From a virus (lineage: Duplodnaviria > Caudoviricetes): a stretch of 64,000 bases of DNA. The DNA is taken from positions 1-64,000 of the IMG/VR virus record IMGVR_UViG_3300010327_000802, one strand, 5' to 3'. The notes under the pieces were generated by a model. That model saw nothing but the letters and a program-made list of their open reading frames with translations. It was not told the DNA's origin and did no database searches. Position 1 is the first letter of the stretch. Each line of letters begins with the position of its first letter. The position numbers and the translations under genes are program-made. Shown in pieces: positions 37,568 to 46,898 of the stretch.

Positions 37568-37936
37568 CTATTGTGCTATCTGTCTTGCTATTTTAACTTC
37601 AATATCAGTAGCTTTATTTACTGTTATTTTTAATCTACCCCAAATAGCACTATAGGGATTTAACGGAAGCACCACCCACTCAGCATTAGCCACCAGTCCA
37701 GTTGCTAATACTATAGCCCCAGTAGCATTTTTAGCACACCATTCTTCACCATAGAAAAAAGGACTATATTCTATGTTTACATTAAGTGTAGCGTCGTTAC
37801 TTGCTTTAATATAAACAGCAAAGTACTCATACCCTGAAACCAGGAATTTTCCCGTGTATTTAGGGGTTGTATCCAAAAATTTAAGAGTATAGGTGTCTAC
37901 ATGAGTCGACACTTCAAGATTGCCTTTTTCTGTCAT
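37568..37936 (-). CDS. Small beta-sandwich virion protein
   Basis: FAVYIKA...VNIEYSP...W pattern; paralogue-like to 27749..28036. Confidence 0.5.
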   Translation of the reverse strand: MTEKGNLEVSTHVDTYTLKFLDTTPKYTGKFLVSGYEYFAVYIKASNDATLNVNIEYSPFFYGEEWCAKNATGAIVLATGLVANAEWVVLPLNPYSAIWGRLKITVNKATDIEVKIARQIAQ

Positions 37937-37938
37937 AT

Positions 37939-38415
37939 TTACCTCCCAAATTGTTTTAAAAACTTTTCGTATCTGGTCATAACCGAGCGTACATATTGCT
38001 CGTTGTTCTGACCATTATAAGCACCCATCAGCCTTTCTAAATTTTTTATCTTTCTCTTGTTTTCCAAATAATCTAAGTGCTTTATACCATAGGTCAAATT
38101 CTCAAATGGACTGAACAGTTTAGTAAGCCAGCCTGTCATTCCGTACACCCTCGCATTGAATCCCATTATTTGCATTAAACCAAACGAGCATTTCTGTAGA
38201 AATACCTCAGTATCATAAGAACAATTTTTAGGTTTATGTTTCTTAGGGTCTTGTATATATTTGCTTGAAAGTTTAGGCTCATATCTTATAGCATAAGGCT
38301 CAAATGAACTTTCTTGTTCTATAATAGCAAGCACCAGCGGTAGATTGACTATCTCGAATTTATAGTCTTCAAATATTTTCTTTATATATGAAATAAGTTC
38401 TTCTATTTCAATCAT
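37939..38415 (-). CDS. SLT-family lytic transglycosylase (probable endolysin)
   Basis: AIIEQESSF (catalytic Glu), SFGLMQI, NLTYGIKHL, AYNG. Confidence 0.9.
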   Translation of the reverse strand: MIEIEELISYIKKIFEDYKFEIVNLPLVLAIIEQESSFEPYAIRYEPKLSSKYIQDPKKHKPKNCSYDTEVFLQKCSFGLMQIMGFNARVYGMTGWLTKLFSPFENLTYGIKHLDYLENKRKIKNLERLMGAYNGQNNEQYVRSVMTRYEKFLKQFGR

Positions 38416-38442
38416 TCTACTTACCTCCTATGCTATTAAAAA

Positions 38443-38788
38443 TGGAGGTGGTGGGAATCGAACCCACGTCCGAATATAAAAAACTATTAGATACTACGAG
38501 CCTATCCTGCTTGATGTTTCTTTGTTTAGCTAACAGCAGGCGATCAGCTAAACAAATACTCTCAATCGGTTTCAGTTCTCTTTTCGAGAGTAAAAGAGAA
38601 CCAGCCCCCTTTCTATTACATTTCGCTTCCAAGAAAGAGGGAACTTGGAAGGAAACGTACTGCCATATTAAGCAGTATAAGCGTAATTGTAGTTGTCGCT
38701 TGTTTTTTTGTGGATTTTTTGACGGGGTACCCACCCCCCGGCTCGCATCTAATAGCTTTTTATTATCCGTCGACATCCTTTCACCCCC
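38443..38788 (-). ncRNA. ssrA: tmRNA (346 nt), predicted tag (A)DNYNYAYTA
   Basis: 5' GGGGGTGAAAGGATGTCGACGG; 3' T-arm GGACGTGGGTTCGATTCCCAC and acceptor CACCTCCA with G3-U70; helix 2 AAAAAGCTATTAG/CTAATAGTTTTT; pk1 CGGGG..GTGGG..CCCCG..TCCAC; tag frame 38697-38668 with H5 TACTGC/GCAGTA; CCA not encoded. Confidence 0.97.
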
Positions 38789-39600
38789 TATAAAACCATT
38801 TCTTTTTTTCTTGTACTAGGAACGGAATTTACCAAAGAAATAATTTGCTTTTTAGTATTATCTAGTGTTACATAAAAAGGTTTAATAACCTGAGGTCTAA
38901 ACTGAGCTTTCTCTGCATACTTTGGATAAGCAAGAAAAGAAGGTAAAGAAACATATGTTACCTCTTTCCAAAGTACTCTCTTTGTATGGTTATTATACTG
39001 TCTAGTCATAGCTTGATATATAATAAATTTATGAGAATGCCCCCAAACATACATATCACAACCTTCTACAATAAGCTGAGATAATTCAAGATTGTTCAAA
39101 ACACTACCCGGTCTTCTACCCCCACCCATACCATGAGTAATATAAAAAACATAGGAGTATGATCTAGACGGATGATCACTTGCAGGTATAACTATATCCA
39201 CTAAGCCTGAGACGGAAGAATATGGAACATTAAAAGAGTTAGAAATCAATTGAAGTAAATCAACACCAACCCTTCTTCTTATTCTATCTTCGTGGTTTCC
39301 GCTTACAACTAATAATATCTTGGACGAAATTGGTTGGAGTAAATTAATTAATTTCTCTATTGAAGCCTGTACGTTCATTTTAACACTATATGCATCCGCA
39401 ATACTATCGAATAAAGCAACATCAAGTAAATCCCCATTTAGTATAGCAAGTGAATCTTCTTCCTTACTAATACAGTCTATTGTATCTTGAAACAACCTTT
39501 CATCAACAAATAGTGACTGCAAATGCAAGTCTGCTAAAAACCAAAGTTTTATGGGTCTACTTTCTTTGGCTTTATACAACACCTGTTGCATTGTTTCCAA
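38788..39600 (-). CDS. Calcineurin-like metallophosphoesterase
   Basis: DLH, GD, GNHE, HG and GHSH motifs. Confidence 0.9.
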   Translation of the reverse strand: METMQQVLYKAKESRPIKLWFLADLHLQSLFVDERLFQDTIDCISKEEDSLAILNGDLLDVALFDSIADAYSVKMNVQASIEKLINLLQPISSKILLVVSGNHEDRIRRRVGVDLLQLISNSFNVPYSSVSGLVDIVIPASDHPSRSYSYVFYITHGMGGGRRPGSVLNNLELSQLIVEGCDMYVWGHSHKFIIYQAMTRQYNNHTKRVLWKEVTYVSLPSFLAYPKYAEKAQFRPQVIKPFYVTLDNTKKQIISLVNSVPSTRKKEMVL

Positions 39601-39601
39601 T

Positions 39602-40546
39602 TTATCCAGCCTCCTTAATAAAATTTAGGACTTCTATCCCGTTTTTCTCCAAAAAAACTTTATTTTTTAAAATAAAATCAACTCTTTCATTAAAGGGGAT
39701 AATAAAGTTGTTTATATTTCCCCTTAAATCATTAGGATCTTTTTCATAGGGCAGCATTCCTATAAAAACTTCATTAAAATGACCTTTCAATTTATTAGCT
39801 ATTTTTATTTCATTAGAAATAGCATCTCCATCTAAAACTATATAAATTTTTTCAAAACCATAATCCAATAATTCTTCTGTTTGAAGATCAGTTAACTCTT
39901 TTCCTAATAAAGAAAAAACATTTTTTATTCCAGAGAGATATAAAGAAAGAGCATCAAAAATGCCTTCCACAAGATAAGCTTCTTTCTTTTCTATGGCTGA
40001 AAATATATCCAATTTAAAAAGAGGTTTTGAAAATTTAGGGTTTAGAAATACCTTACTAAATATCTTACGTAAAGTATAATAATCAATTTCCCCCCAAATA
40101 TTATAAGAGAAAAAGATAATCCAAATAGATTTATTAGTTTTATTTTCCAAAATTCGATACAACTTTTTAGGTATATCAGTAGAAGTAGAAGTATTTTCAA
40201 ACAATCTCTGTTTCAAATATAGTTCCCCTATTAGACTAGAATCCGTTGCTTGAAAATCTGTAAGACTATTAAGCACATCATAAACAGTCTCAAATACATT
40301 TCTGATATTTACCTCTTTCTTTTCTAAAGGAAGTTTACTATAAGTATCAAGCATAATTCCAATTAAATCATTAGGAAGGGAAGAAAAACTGCCCCTTGCC
40401 CCACATCTGAAACAATAATAAACTTCTTTTCGACTGTTCATATAAAGATGAAACTTTGTATCTGGAGTTTTTCCTCTTTTTACACAAAAGGGACAATTTA
40501 CTCTTATTTCTTCTGTGTTAGTTAATTTATAGTCTACAGATCCCAT
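39602..40546 (-). CDS. dnaG: DNA primase (Zn finger plus Toprim)
   Basis: CPFC...H...CFRC zinc finger; LVEGIFDA and VLDGD Toprim motifs. Confidence 0.88.
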   Translation of the reverse strand: MGSVDYKLTNTEEIRVNCPFCVKRGKTPDTKFHLYMNSRKEVYYCFRCGARGSFSSLPNDLIGIMLDTYSKLPLEKKEVNIRNVFETVYDVLNSLTDFQATDSSLIGELYLKQRLFENTSTSTDIPKKLYRILENKTNKSIWIIFFSYNIWGEIDYYTLRKIFSKVFLNPKFSKPLFKLDIFSAIEKKEAYLVEGIFDALSLYLSGIKNVFSLLGKELTDLQTEELLDYGFEKIYIVLDGDAISNEIKIANKLKGHFNEVFIGMLPYEKDPNDLRGNINNFIIPFNERVDFILKNKVFLEKNGIEVLNFIKEAG

Positions 40547-41074
40547 TTACCACCTTGCGCCTTTTTTACTCCAAGGAACTATTACACGTTTTGGTACATA
40601 ACCAAGAGAATTTAACTCTTTTAGAGGAGTTAAATAGGTCATATCTATATGAATCCATTTTAAATTGTACTCATAGTGCCCAATTCTCATTTCCGAATAG
40701 TTCTTTTGGAGAAAGATTAGTAAATCCTTATTCAGTCTAGCATTACCCCTTGTTATATCAGCCGCTACTCCCATTGAGTGCGGCGAGAACGAAACTGCGT
40801 GGGGGTTTTTATTATGAAGTGAATTTTGATAATTGGAACACCTGTACATAGAGTTCATTTTTAAATTTCTAAAGTTATCTTTTAGGTTATCTATAACGTT
40901 CAAAAATTCCCTTATTGCTTTATACCATTGATTAGATACTTGTTCTGGATACTCCTGTAAAGGTGGAAAGCCAGAACAATGAGAGCAAGCATATTCAGAC
41001 TTTGTAACATTCTTAGACACATTTGTATCAATTAAGTGTTCTTCTCCTAAGTATTCAAGGAAGCTCTTGCCCAT
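40547..41074 (-). CDS. Peptidase M15 family Zn peptidoglycan peptidase (second copy)
   Basis: YACSHC, YRC, SPHSMGVAADI, WIHID. Confidence 0.8.
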   Translation of the reverse strand: MGKSFLEYLGEEHLIDTNVSKNVTKSEYACSHCSGFPPLQEYPEQVSNQWYKAIREFLNVIDNLKDNFRNLKMNSMYRCSNYQNSLHNKNPHAVSFSPHSMGVAADITRGNARLNKDLLIFLQKNYSEMRIGHYEYNLKWIHIDMTYLTPLKELNSLGYVPKRVIVPWSKKGARW

Positions 41075-41087
41075 TTTTACCCTCCTT

Positions 41088-41831
41088 TTAATCTAATTTA
41101 TCTGTTAAATTGAACCTTTCTAAAAAACTCTCAATTGTCACAGGTACCACTTGTTTTAATAATCTAACAATTGCTTTTGCAAGTTCTCTCATTTCCCATT
41201 GTGCATGTGAATCCAGTCTCTGACGAAGAAAATTCATTAAACTCCTCATATTTATAGTCCAATAAAAAGAAGTACGAAGACCAAAAGGTAGTATAGTTCT
41301 TGCGGCTTCTTTCCGTAATCCAGCGCTAATAAGATTCTCATAAAGCTCAAATGATTTCTTAATATGATCCAAAATCTCATTGAGAAGTACTTCTTTATCT
41401 TGTGATAATTCTGATTCCTTTAAACCTAAAAACTCAGGGGGGATATGAACTATTTTATTTAGAGAATCAGCGGTAGTTTCTGATAAAAGATTACTATTGG
41501 GTCCTGTAAATCTGAACGATCTCTTGAGAGGGCTAGCCATCCTATGCCTTAAAACCTGTTCTGCAATATATATAGGTATATCTTCTATTTTAAATCTAAA
41601 AACTTGGTGTTCAAACGGTGTTTCATGCCCCCACTCCAAAAGATTTTTAATGAGCCTTTCATCATCTGTCTCTGGTCCTTCTGATAAACGAGAAATTCTA
41701 GCCACACGAGCGGGAGTAAGATCGTCTCCTAACATTTCCTCTAATATTACGCACCCCCCACCCTTAATTTGTTCTACCTTGGGGCTATTTATATAGTATG
41801 CTTTAGTTTCTGAAAAATAATTATTTTCCAT
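41088..41831 (-). CDS. thyX: Flavin-dependent thymidylate synthase
   Basis: GHETPFEH, RHR-x7-S (RHRMASPLKRS), EAARTILP, RLDSHAQWEMR; start at ATG 41831 after GGGG. Confidence 0.93.
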   Translation of the reverse strand: MENNYFSETKAYYINSPKVEQIKGGGCVILEEMLGDDLTPARVARISRLSEGPETDDERLIKNLLEWGHETPFEHQVFRFKIEDIPIYIAEQVLRHRMASPLKRSFRFTGPNSNLLSETTADSLNKIVHIPPEFLGLKESELSQDKEVLLNEILDHIKKSFELYENLISAGLRKEAARTILPFGLRTSFYWTINMRSLMNFLRQRLDSHAQWEMRELAKAIVRLLKQVVPVTIESFLERFNLTDKLD

Positions 41832-41833
41832 GT

Positions 41834-44308
41834 TTAATCCCCATTGCATTTATTTGAATATCCACAATTTTGGCAAGGATGCTCACAGTCAAAAACGTAA
41901 GGTCTCATCTTTGTTATATGAACTGCACCACAGATAGGGCAACGAGTAAGAACAGCATCATTAGGAAGATTATCTATTTTGGATTCTCCATAAAGATTAA
42001 TATAAATTTCACCTTTTCCAGTAGGTTCCTTCTTAGGGATTGCTTGTGGCTTCAGAGAAAACATAGCTTTTTTAAAATTTTCCTCAAGTTGCTCTACATT
42101 TACGCCCTCAATAAACCAATCAAGAGCAAGCCCCCAAAGACCTATTGTAGAATCTACTTTCTCCCCTAAAATATAATAATTTACTCCAGAATCATATTCT
42201 CTAAACTTTTTAGCCATTCTTCTTGCAAACTTTACAGCTAGCTCTGCTGGAAGCATCCGCAGAATTTCGGATAATGTATGATTTAGAGCAACTGCAAACT
42301 CATAACATCTAATATTTCTTGATCCTAAGAAAATTTCTCTAGGCACTGTACCCTCACCAAAAATCATTAAATAAATTGTTTCACTATCTGGTTTAAATCT
42401 ATATCTCTTGCCTTCCATACAAGATTTCTTTATAGGCTGGATATGAACACTATATGTTTCCTCAGGAGCACCAAGAGAAACAGTCTTTTCCTTTTTATGT
42501 TCCATTTTCTTAATAACGGGTATTCTACTTCCTTCTCTGTAAACAGTAATTCCCTTTAAACCTTTTTCCCAAGCATTATAGAAAACATCCCAGATGTCTT
42601 GTGTAGTAGACGATTGTGGGAGATTCACTGTAGAACTAATAGCATTATCTATATATTTTTGAAGAATAGATTGTGCTTCTATCCTAGTCTGAGGTGTTAT
42701 TTGGTCAAATGTTTGAAAAAAGGGAAAGCTTTCGGGCTTAAGTCCCTTTTCCATGTATTCTGCGTAAACGGGAATATAAAACTCAAAGGTCCTTCCAGCA
42801 GTTTCAAACCATCTTTGTACTTTAAAACCAAAAATAGGCTCAATACCAGAAGACGCCCCAGCCATAATAGAAATAGACCCTGTTGGTGCAATTGTCAGTA
42901 AAGCCGAATTGGCAAGCCCTGTCTTCTCAATACTATTGAATAATGCATCAAAGTCCTTATCATCCTTTCTCAATCTTTCAAAGTAAGGCTGGCTAAAATG
43001 TTTTACAGGATCAAATTCTGGGAATACACCAAAAATATCTACCATTTCAGAGGAAGCTTTATACGCATAAAAAGCCATATTTTTCCCAATCTTTGTAGTT
43101 AAATCATAATCACCATACAACCTTTTAGCTCGAATATAAGCATCTGCTAGACCCATAATTCCAAGACCTACTCTTCTTGTTCTCTGTGCTGATTCCTTTT
43201 GTTTTTCTAGCGGGTGGTTGTCTAAGTTATACCAAATTATAGTGTTCATAAACAAAACAGCGGCATAAATAAGTTTTCTTAATTCTTCTACGTTTAAAGA
43301 AGAATCAACAAAAAGAGAAGAATGCCCAATATTAATTGCACCAAGATTACAATTTCCATAAGGCTCAAGCCACTGTTCCCCACACGGATTTGTGTTTACA
43401 ATAGGAGCAAAATACTCTGTTGTGGAATATTTTTTAGCAGTACTTTCAAATAAAATTCCAGGTTCAGCCCAATTCCAAGCATTATCTACAATAACTTTAA
43501 AAACTTCTCTAGCTGGTTGTTTAGAAATAACTTCATCTTTCCATTTGAATTCCCACATTTCATCTTCTTTAACTGCTTCCATAAACTCGTCTACAATTTT
43601 AACAGAAATATTAGCAAAACGGACTTGGGACATTACTAGAACTTTTTCGGCAACCTCTAGTTGTTCTTGAGACCAACCATAAGCAGAAGCCTGTTGAATA
43701 AGTTTCTTATTAGCTTGAGAAAGAATAGACTTAGAAGTAACAAACTTTAAAATATCTGGATGGGTAACCCCCATTGCAAGAAGCAAAGCTCCCCTTCTTC
43801 CAGATTGACCTATAGTTCCCGTTAAAACAGAATATAGTTCAGAAAAACTCCAGGCACCTGTAGAGGTCTTAGCTGCATTATGTACAGATGATCCTTCGTA
43901 TCGTAAACTCGAAATATCAAATCCAACTCCCCCACCTCTCTTAAAAGTCTCAGCCGTTTCTAAAGCTGTCTCTAATATACCTTCAATTGAATCTTCTGGA
44001 GAAGGAAGAACATAACAATTTGTAAGGGTAACTTTATTAGGATTCCCTGCACCAAATAAAACTCTACCCCCTGGTAAAAATAATCCATCTGACATCATAG
44101 AATAAAATAAATCACCAGGGGGAATTTCCCCAAAAAGTTGACGATATTTTTGTAAAGCTTTTTCATTCTGAGAGAGAAATTCTTTATCAAGGAAATTACC
44201 CACACTATATGCTACTCTGCGAATTACATCATCCCATGATTCTTCATCTGCCAAGAAATATTTCTCTGAAGCTACCAAGTCTCTAAACTCTATAAAATCT
44301 TGATTCAT
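41834..44308 (-). CDS. nrdJ: Class II (adenosylcobalamin-dependent) ribonucleotide reductase
   Basis: TLTNCY, TNPCGEQ, CNLG, TIAPTGSIS, KGITVYREGSR; C-terminal domain with CPIC/CQNC; no beta-subunit gene nearby. Confidence 0.92.
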   Translation of the reverse strand: MNQDFIEFRDLVASEKYFLADEESWDDVIRRVAYSVGNFLDKEFLSQNEKALQKYRQLFGEIPPGDLFYSMMSDGLFLPGGRVLFGAGNPNKVTLTNCYVLPSPEDSIEGILETALETAETFKRGGGVGFDISSLRYEGSSVHNAAKTSTGAWSFSELYSVLTGTIGQSGRRGALLLAMGVTHPDILKFVTSKSILSQANKKLIQQASAYGWSQEQLEVAEKVLVMSQVRFANISVKIVDEFMEAVKEDEMWEFKWKDEVISKQPAREVFKVIVDNAWNWAEPGILFESTAKKYSTTEYFAPIVNTNPCGEQWLEPYGNCNLGAINIGHSSLFVDSSLNVEELRKLIYAAVLFMNTIIWYNLDNHPLEKQKESAQRTRRVGLGIMGLADAYIRAKRLYGDYDLTTKIGKNMAFYAYKASSEMVDIFGVFPEFDPVKHFSQPYFERLRKDDKDFDALFNSIEKTGLANSALLTIAPTGSISIMAGASSGIEPIFGFKVQRWFETAGRTFEFYIPVYAEYMEKGLKPESFPFFQTFDQITPQTRIEAQSILQKYIDNAISSTVNLPQSSTTQDIWDVFYNAWEKGLKGITVYREGSRIPVIKKMEHKKEKTVSLGAPEETYSVHIQPIKKSCMEGKRYRFKPDSETIYLMIFGEGTVPREIFLGSRNIRCYEFAVALNHTLSEILRMLPAELAVKFARRMAKKFREYDSGVNYYILGEKVDSTIGLWGLALDWFIEGVNVEQLEENFKKAMFSLKPQAIPKKEPTGKGEIYINLYGESKIDNLPNDAVLTRCPICGAVHITKMRPYVFDCEHPCQNCGYSNKCNGD

Positions 44309-44310
44309 AT

Positions 44311-44562
44311 TTACCCCCCTGCTTGCTCCTTATTTTCTCTTTCCATTTCTTCTTCTAATAGATCTAAATAATGTTTGTTCCCCTCAAAATGCGCATTTAT
44401 ATACGAAACAACAAAAGAGGGGAAACTTGATAAATAAACGCCATATTCATTTTTTAAAATTGACACAAAGTCATTAAAATCTTTACTTTCATAAAATAAC
44501 CTAGTAGGCAAAACTGATAAGATTGCCTTACAAATATCTAATTGTAGTTTTATCTTACTCAT
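44311..44562 (-). CDS. Hypothetical protein
   Basis: 83-aa ORF in operon. Confidence 0.65.
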   Translation of the reverse strand: MSKIKLQLDICKAILSVLPTRLFYESKDFNDFVSILKNEYGVYLSSFPSFVVSYINAHFEGNKHYLDLLEEEMERENKEQAGG

Positions 44563-44588
44563 CTCATCTGGTATTATATGCCCCTCCT

Positions 44589-45014
44589 TTATTCTGTTTT
44601 ATATACCCCAAATTCTGATTCCGAAAGCTCCACAGCCTTAAGTTCTAATAGTTCGAAAACTTTATAAACAACTCTTATATCCTGTGGAGAGAAGTTCTTG
44701 TCACTTACTATAGTTTGAGAAGTAATAAATAATATTTTTTTAAAGAATTTTATAAAACTATCTCTCCTTATTTCAGCTTCATTGAGAAGTTTTAAAAGCA
44801 TATTACGATAGTTTACAAGAGACTGATGGATTCTTACTGCGTCGTCCTCCTCTTCAACATCAAGTAGCTTTTTTTCCAAAAGTTGAATATTCTCTTGTGT
44901 AGATATAATTAATTTATAAATTTCAAATGTTTTATCAAAAATAATTAAATCAAAAGGAATAGTAAAGTGTCTCCGTTCTTGAGTATTTTCTAATAAAGTT
45001 TGCTCTTCACTCAT
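44589..45014 (-). CDS. Hypothetical helical protein
   Basis: 141-aa ORF overlapping the upstream gene. Confidence 0.7.
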   Translation of the reverse strand: MSEEQTLLENTQERRHFTIPFDLIIFDKTFEIYKLIISTQENIQLLEKKLLDVEEEDDAVRIHQSLVNYRNMLLKLLNEAEIRRDSFIKFFKKILFITSQTIVSDKNFSPQDIRVVYKVFELLELKAVELSESEFGVYKTE

Positions 45015-45642
45015 CTATTACTTCACCTTCTTCTTCTTCTTCTATATAAGTCTCTTTATATCCCTTTGGAGTATCCTCAGAATTAATATACAATGGAACA
45101 GCAGTTACAGATATCCTTTTAGCAATCGGAGCACCACGAGCAGATAACTTTGTTATTGTTATTGAGTTATCCGTATTTATATAAAAGCCAAAATCCTTAT
45201 AAGTCACATAAACTGTAACATCTTTCTTTGCGGGGTTTTTCCACACTTTTACATTATCTGGTTTACCAATATATTTGCACAACTCATCGTATACAGGTTT
45301 CTTATTTTCTGGGATATCAAATTCATCAAATGGAATATCTTTAGATTTCTTTGTAGTCTTTATTTCCCTCTTCCACCCGCCATAGAAATTATTTTGCACA
45401 TATTTTATATGTGATAAGAGCAAAGATTTCTGCTTGTATTCTTCTTCATCTCTTGGAACTAGACTATTAATTAACCTATAGGCAATTAGCCAACTAACTA
45501 TTCCATCACTAACCCCAACACAAAGACTAGGAAGCGAACACTCTTTACATTCAGGGTCGCCACTATCATATAAGAAACCAAAACAAGTTAATGGCTGTAT
45601 CTCTTTAGAATCTAATTCTTGATCTTCCTTTTCTTCTTTCAT
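45007..45642 (-). CDS. Hypothetical protein with N-terminal Cys4 Zn finger
   Basis: CFGFLYDSGDPECKECSLPSLC. Confidence 0.7.
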   Translation of the reverse strand: MKEEKEDQELDSKEIQPLTCFGFLYDSGDPECKECSLPSLCVGVSDGIVSWLIAYRLINSLVPRDEEEYKQKSLLLSHIKYVQNNFYGGWKREIKTTKKSKDIPFDEFDIPENKKPVYDELCKYIGKPDNVKVWKNPAKKDVTVYVTYKDFGFYINTDNSITITKLSARGAPIAKRISVTAVPLYINSEDTPKGYKETYIEEEEEGEVIDE

Positions 45643-45689
45643 TTTCCCTCCTATAAAAGTAGATAAATTTTACTACTTATTAGATTTTT

Positions 45690-46262
45690 TTAAGTTTCTT
45701 CTGTTTTAGAGGGTAGAAGTTCAAAAAATTCAATTAAAAAGAGTATATCTGCAGACATATCAACCCCTTCCTCATAGTCTGAAAGTAACCAAGAAATATT
45801 ATCAAAAGAAAGTATCTTAGAAACAACTGACTTGTCTGCTATTTTCCTTGCGGTATCTTTATCTAGCCCATAAATAAAAACAGAGTTGGGATAAATATTT
45901 GTAAAAGAATTGGTAGAAACTTCAAAGGTAGCACCAAAAGCCTCAATATAAGAATTCTTAGGAAGTTTCGATTTGACGTCAAAATTACTACCTTCTTTTA
46001 TAAATAACAAAGAAGCAACATTCCCACAAATTCCTTTAAACATTTCAATGAATGATTCACTAGCCTTTTCAAATACACTTCCTTCAAGTTTGGAGTTACA
46101 TAATTTTTCTACTACTTTTTCCTGTGGGGGGAAAATCGGTAAAAAATAATACCCAAACGCTCTCTCTTCATGGTATTTCGGAACCCAACTTCTCTTTGGT
46201 GCAAATACATAAGTGGGACCAAGAAAAGTCCCATGCATTATTGGTACTCCAAATGTATACAT
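45690..46262 (-). CDS. Hypothetical protein
   Basis: GGAGG RBS; 190 aa. Confidence 0.7.
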   Translation of the reverse strand: MYTFGVPIMHGTFLGPTYVFAPKRSWVPKYHEERAFGYYFLPIFPPQEKVVEKLCNSKLEGSVFEKASESFIEMFKGICGNVASLLFIKEGSNFDVKSKLPKNSYIEAFGATFEVSTNSFTNIYPNSVFIYGLDKDTARKIADKSVVSKILSFDNISWLLSDYEEGVDMSADILFLIEFFELLPSKTEET

Positions 46263-46276
46263 ATTACCCTCCCTTG

Positions 46277-46897
46277 TTACGCTGTTGGTTTATCTGATGA
46301 TTGAGATGTATTCATTTGAGATAACATCTCAATCATAGAATTACTCACATTTTGTACAGCCCTTTCTATAATTATTGTGGATAGTTCAACTAAAGAAGCA
46401 TAAGCAAATCCCATTATACCTAAGTCTCTGTAAGCTATTACAAGTCTTTTAACAAATGGATATTTTATATAAAATAAATAATCATGTTCTTTCTTTTCCG
46501 AAAACAGAATCTCCTTAAATTCATCTAAGTAAACGTATTTAAATTCCTCAGGTTTTATAACCCATTCAGGGTCTTTAATAAGATCTTCATCCTTTGCTTC
46601 ATCATACTCAAGCATTCCTGTACCATAAGCAACTGCCCTATAACCTATTGTTTCATAGATTAATTCCATTCTATAAAGAATCCTAGAGGGGAGAAGAAAC
46701 CCTTCAGCTAGAGTGAGAGCAGAAAAAAGTTCTTCCCGAAAAGGTAAATCTTCCCCCTTTAAATATTTATCAATTACTTTTTCAAAGGGAAATTCTGCTG
46801 GATTGATCTCAAGAAGATCAGTAACCGATTTTTGAAAATTTATACTTCCATTCTCTACAGGAAGTGGGACTACTCCTGCTTTTGTTATTCCATACAT
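46277..46897 (-). CDS. Hypothetical protein
   Basis: GGAGG RBS; 206 aa. Confidence 0.7.
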   Translation of the reverse strand: MYGITKAGVVPLPVENGSINFQKSVTDLLEINPAEFPFEKVIDKYLKGEDLPFREELFSALTLAEGFLLPSRILYRMELIYETIGYRAVAYGTGMLEYDEAKDEDLIKDPEWVIKPEEFKYVYLDEFKEILFSEKKEHDYLFYIKYPFVKRLVIAYRDLGIMGFAYASLVELSTIIIERAVQNVSNSMIEMLSQMNTSQSSDKPTA

Positions 46898-46898
46898 G

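Noticed and set aside
38443-38475. tRNA gene suggested by the GGTTCGATTCC T-arm
   Set aside because: The matching 5' half is 346 nt away and there is no anticodon arm; it is the tRNA-like domain of tmRNA. No separate tRNA was found
38417-38819. ORFs 38417..38776 (-) and 38430..38819 (+)
   Set aside because: Both overlie the tmRNA gene
44562-44590. Alternative ATA start or leaderless two-codon uORF for 44311..44562
   Set aside because: The strong RBS is oddly far from the ATG, but there is no -35 and the options cannot be told apart from sequence
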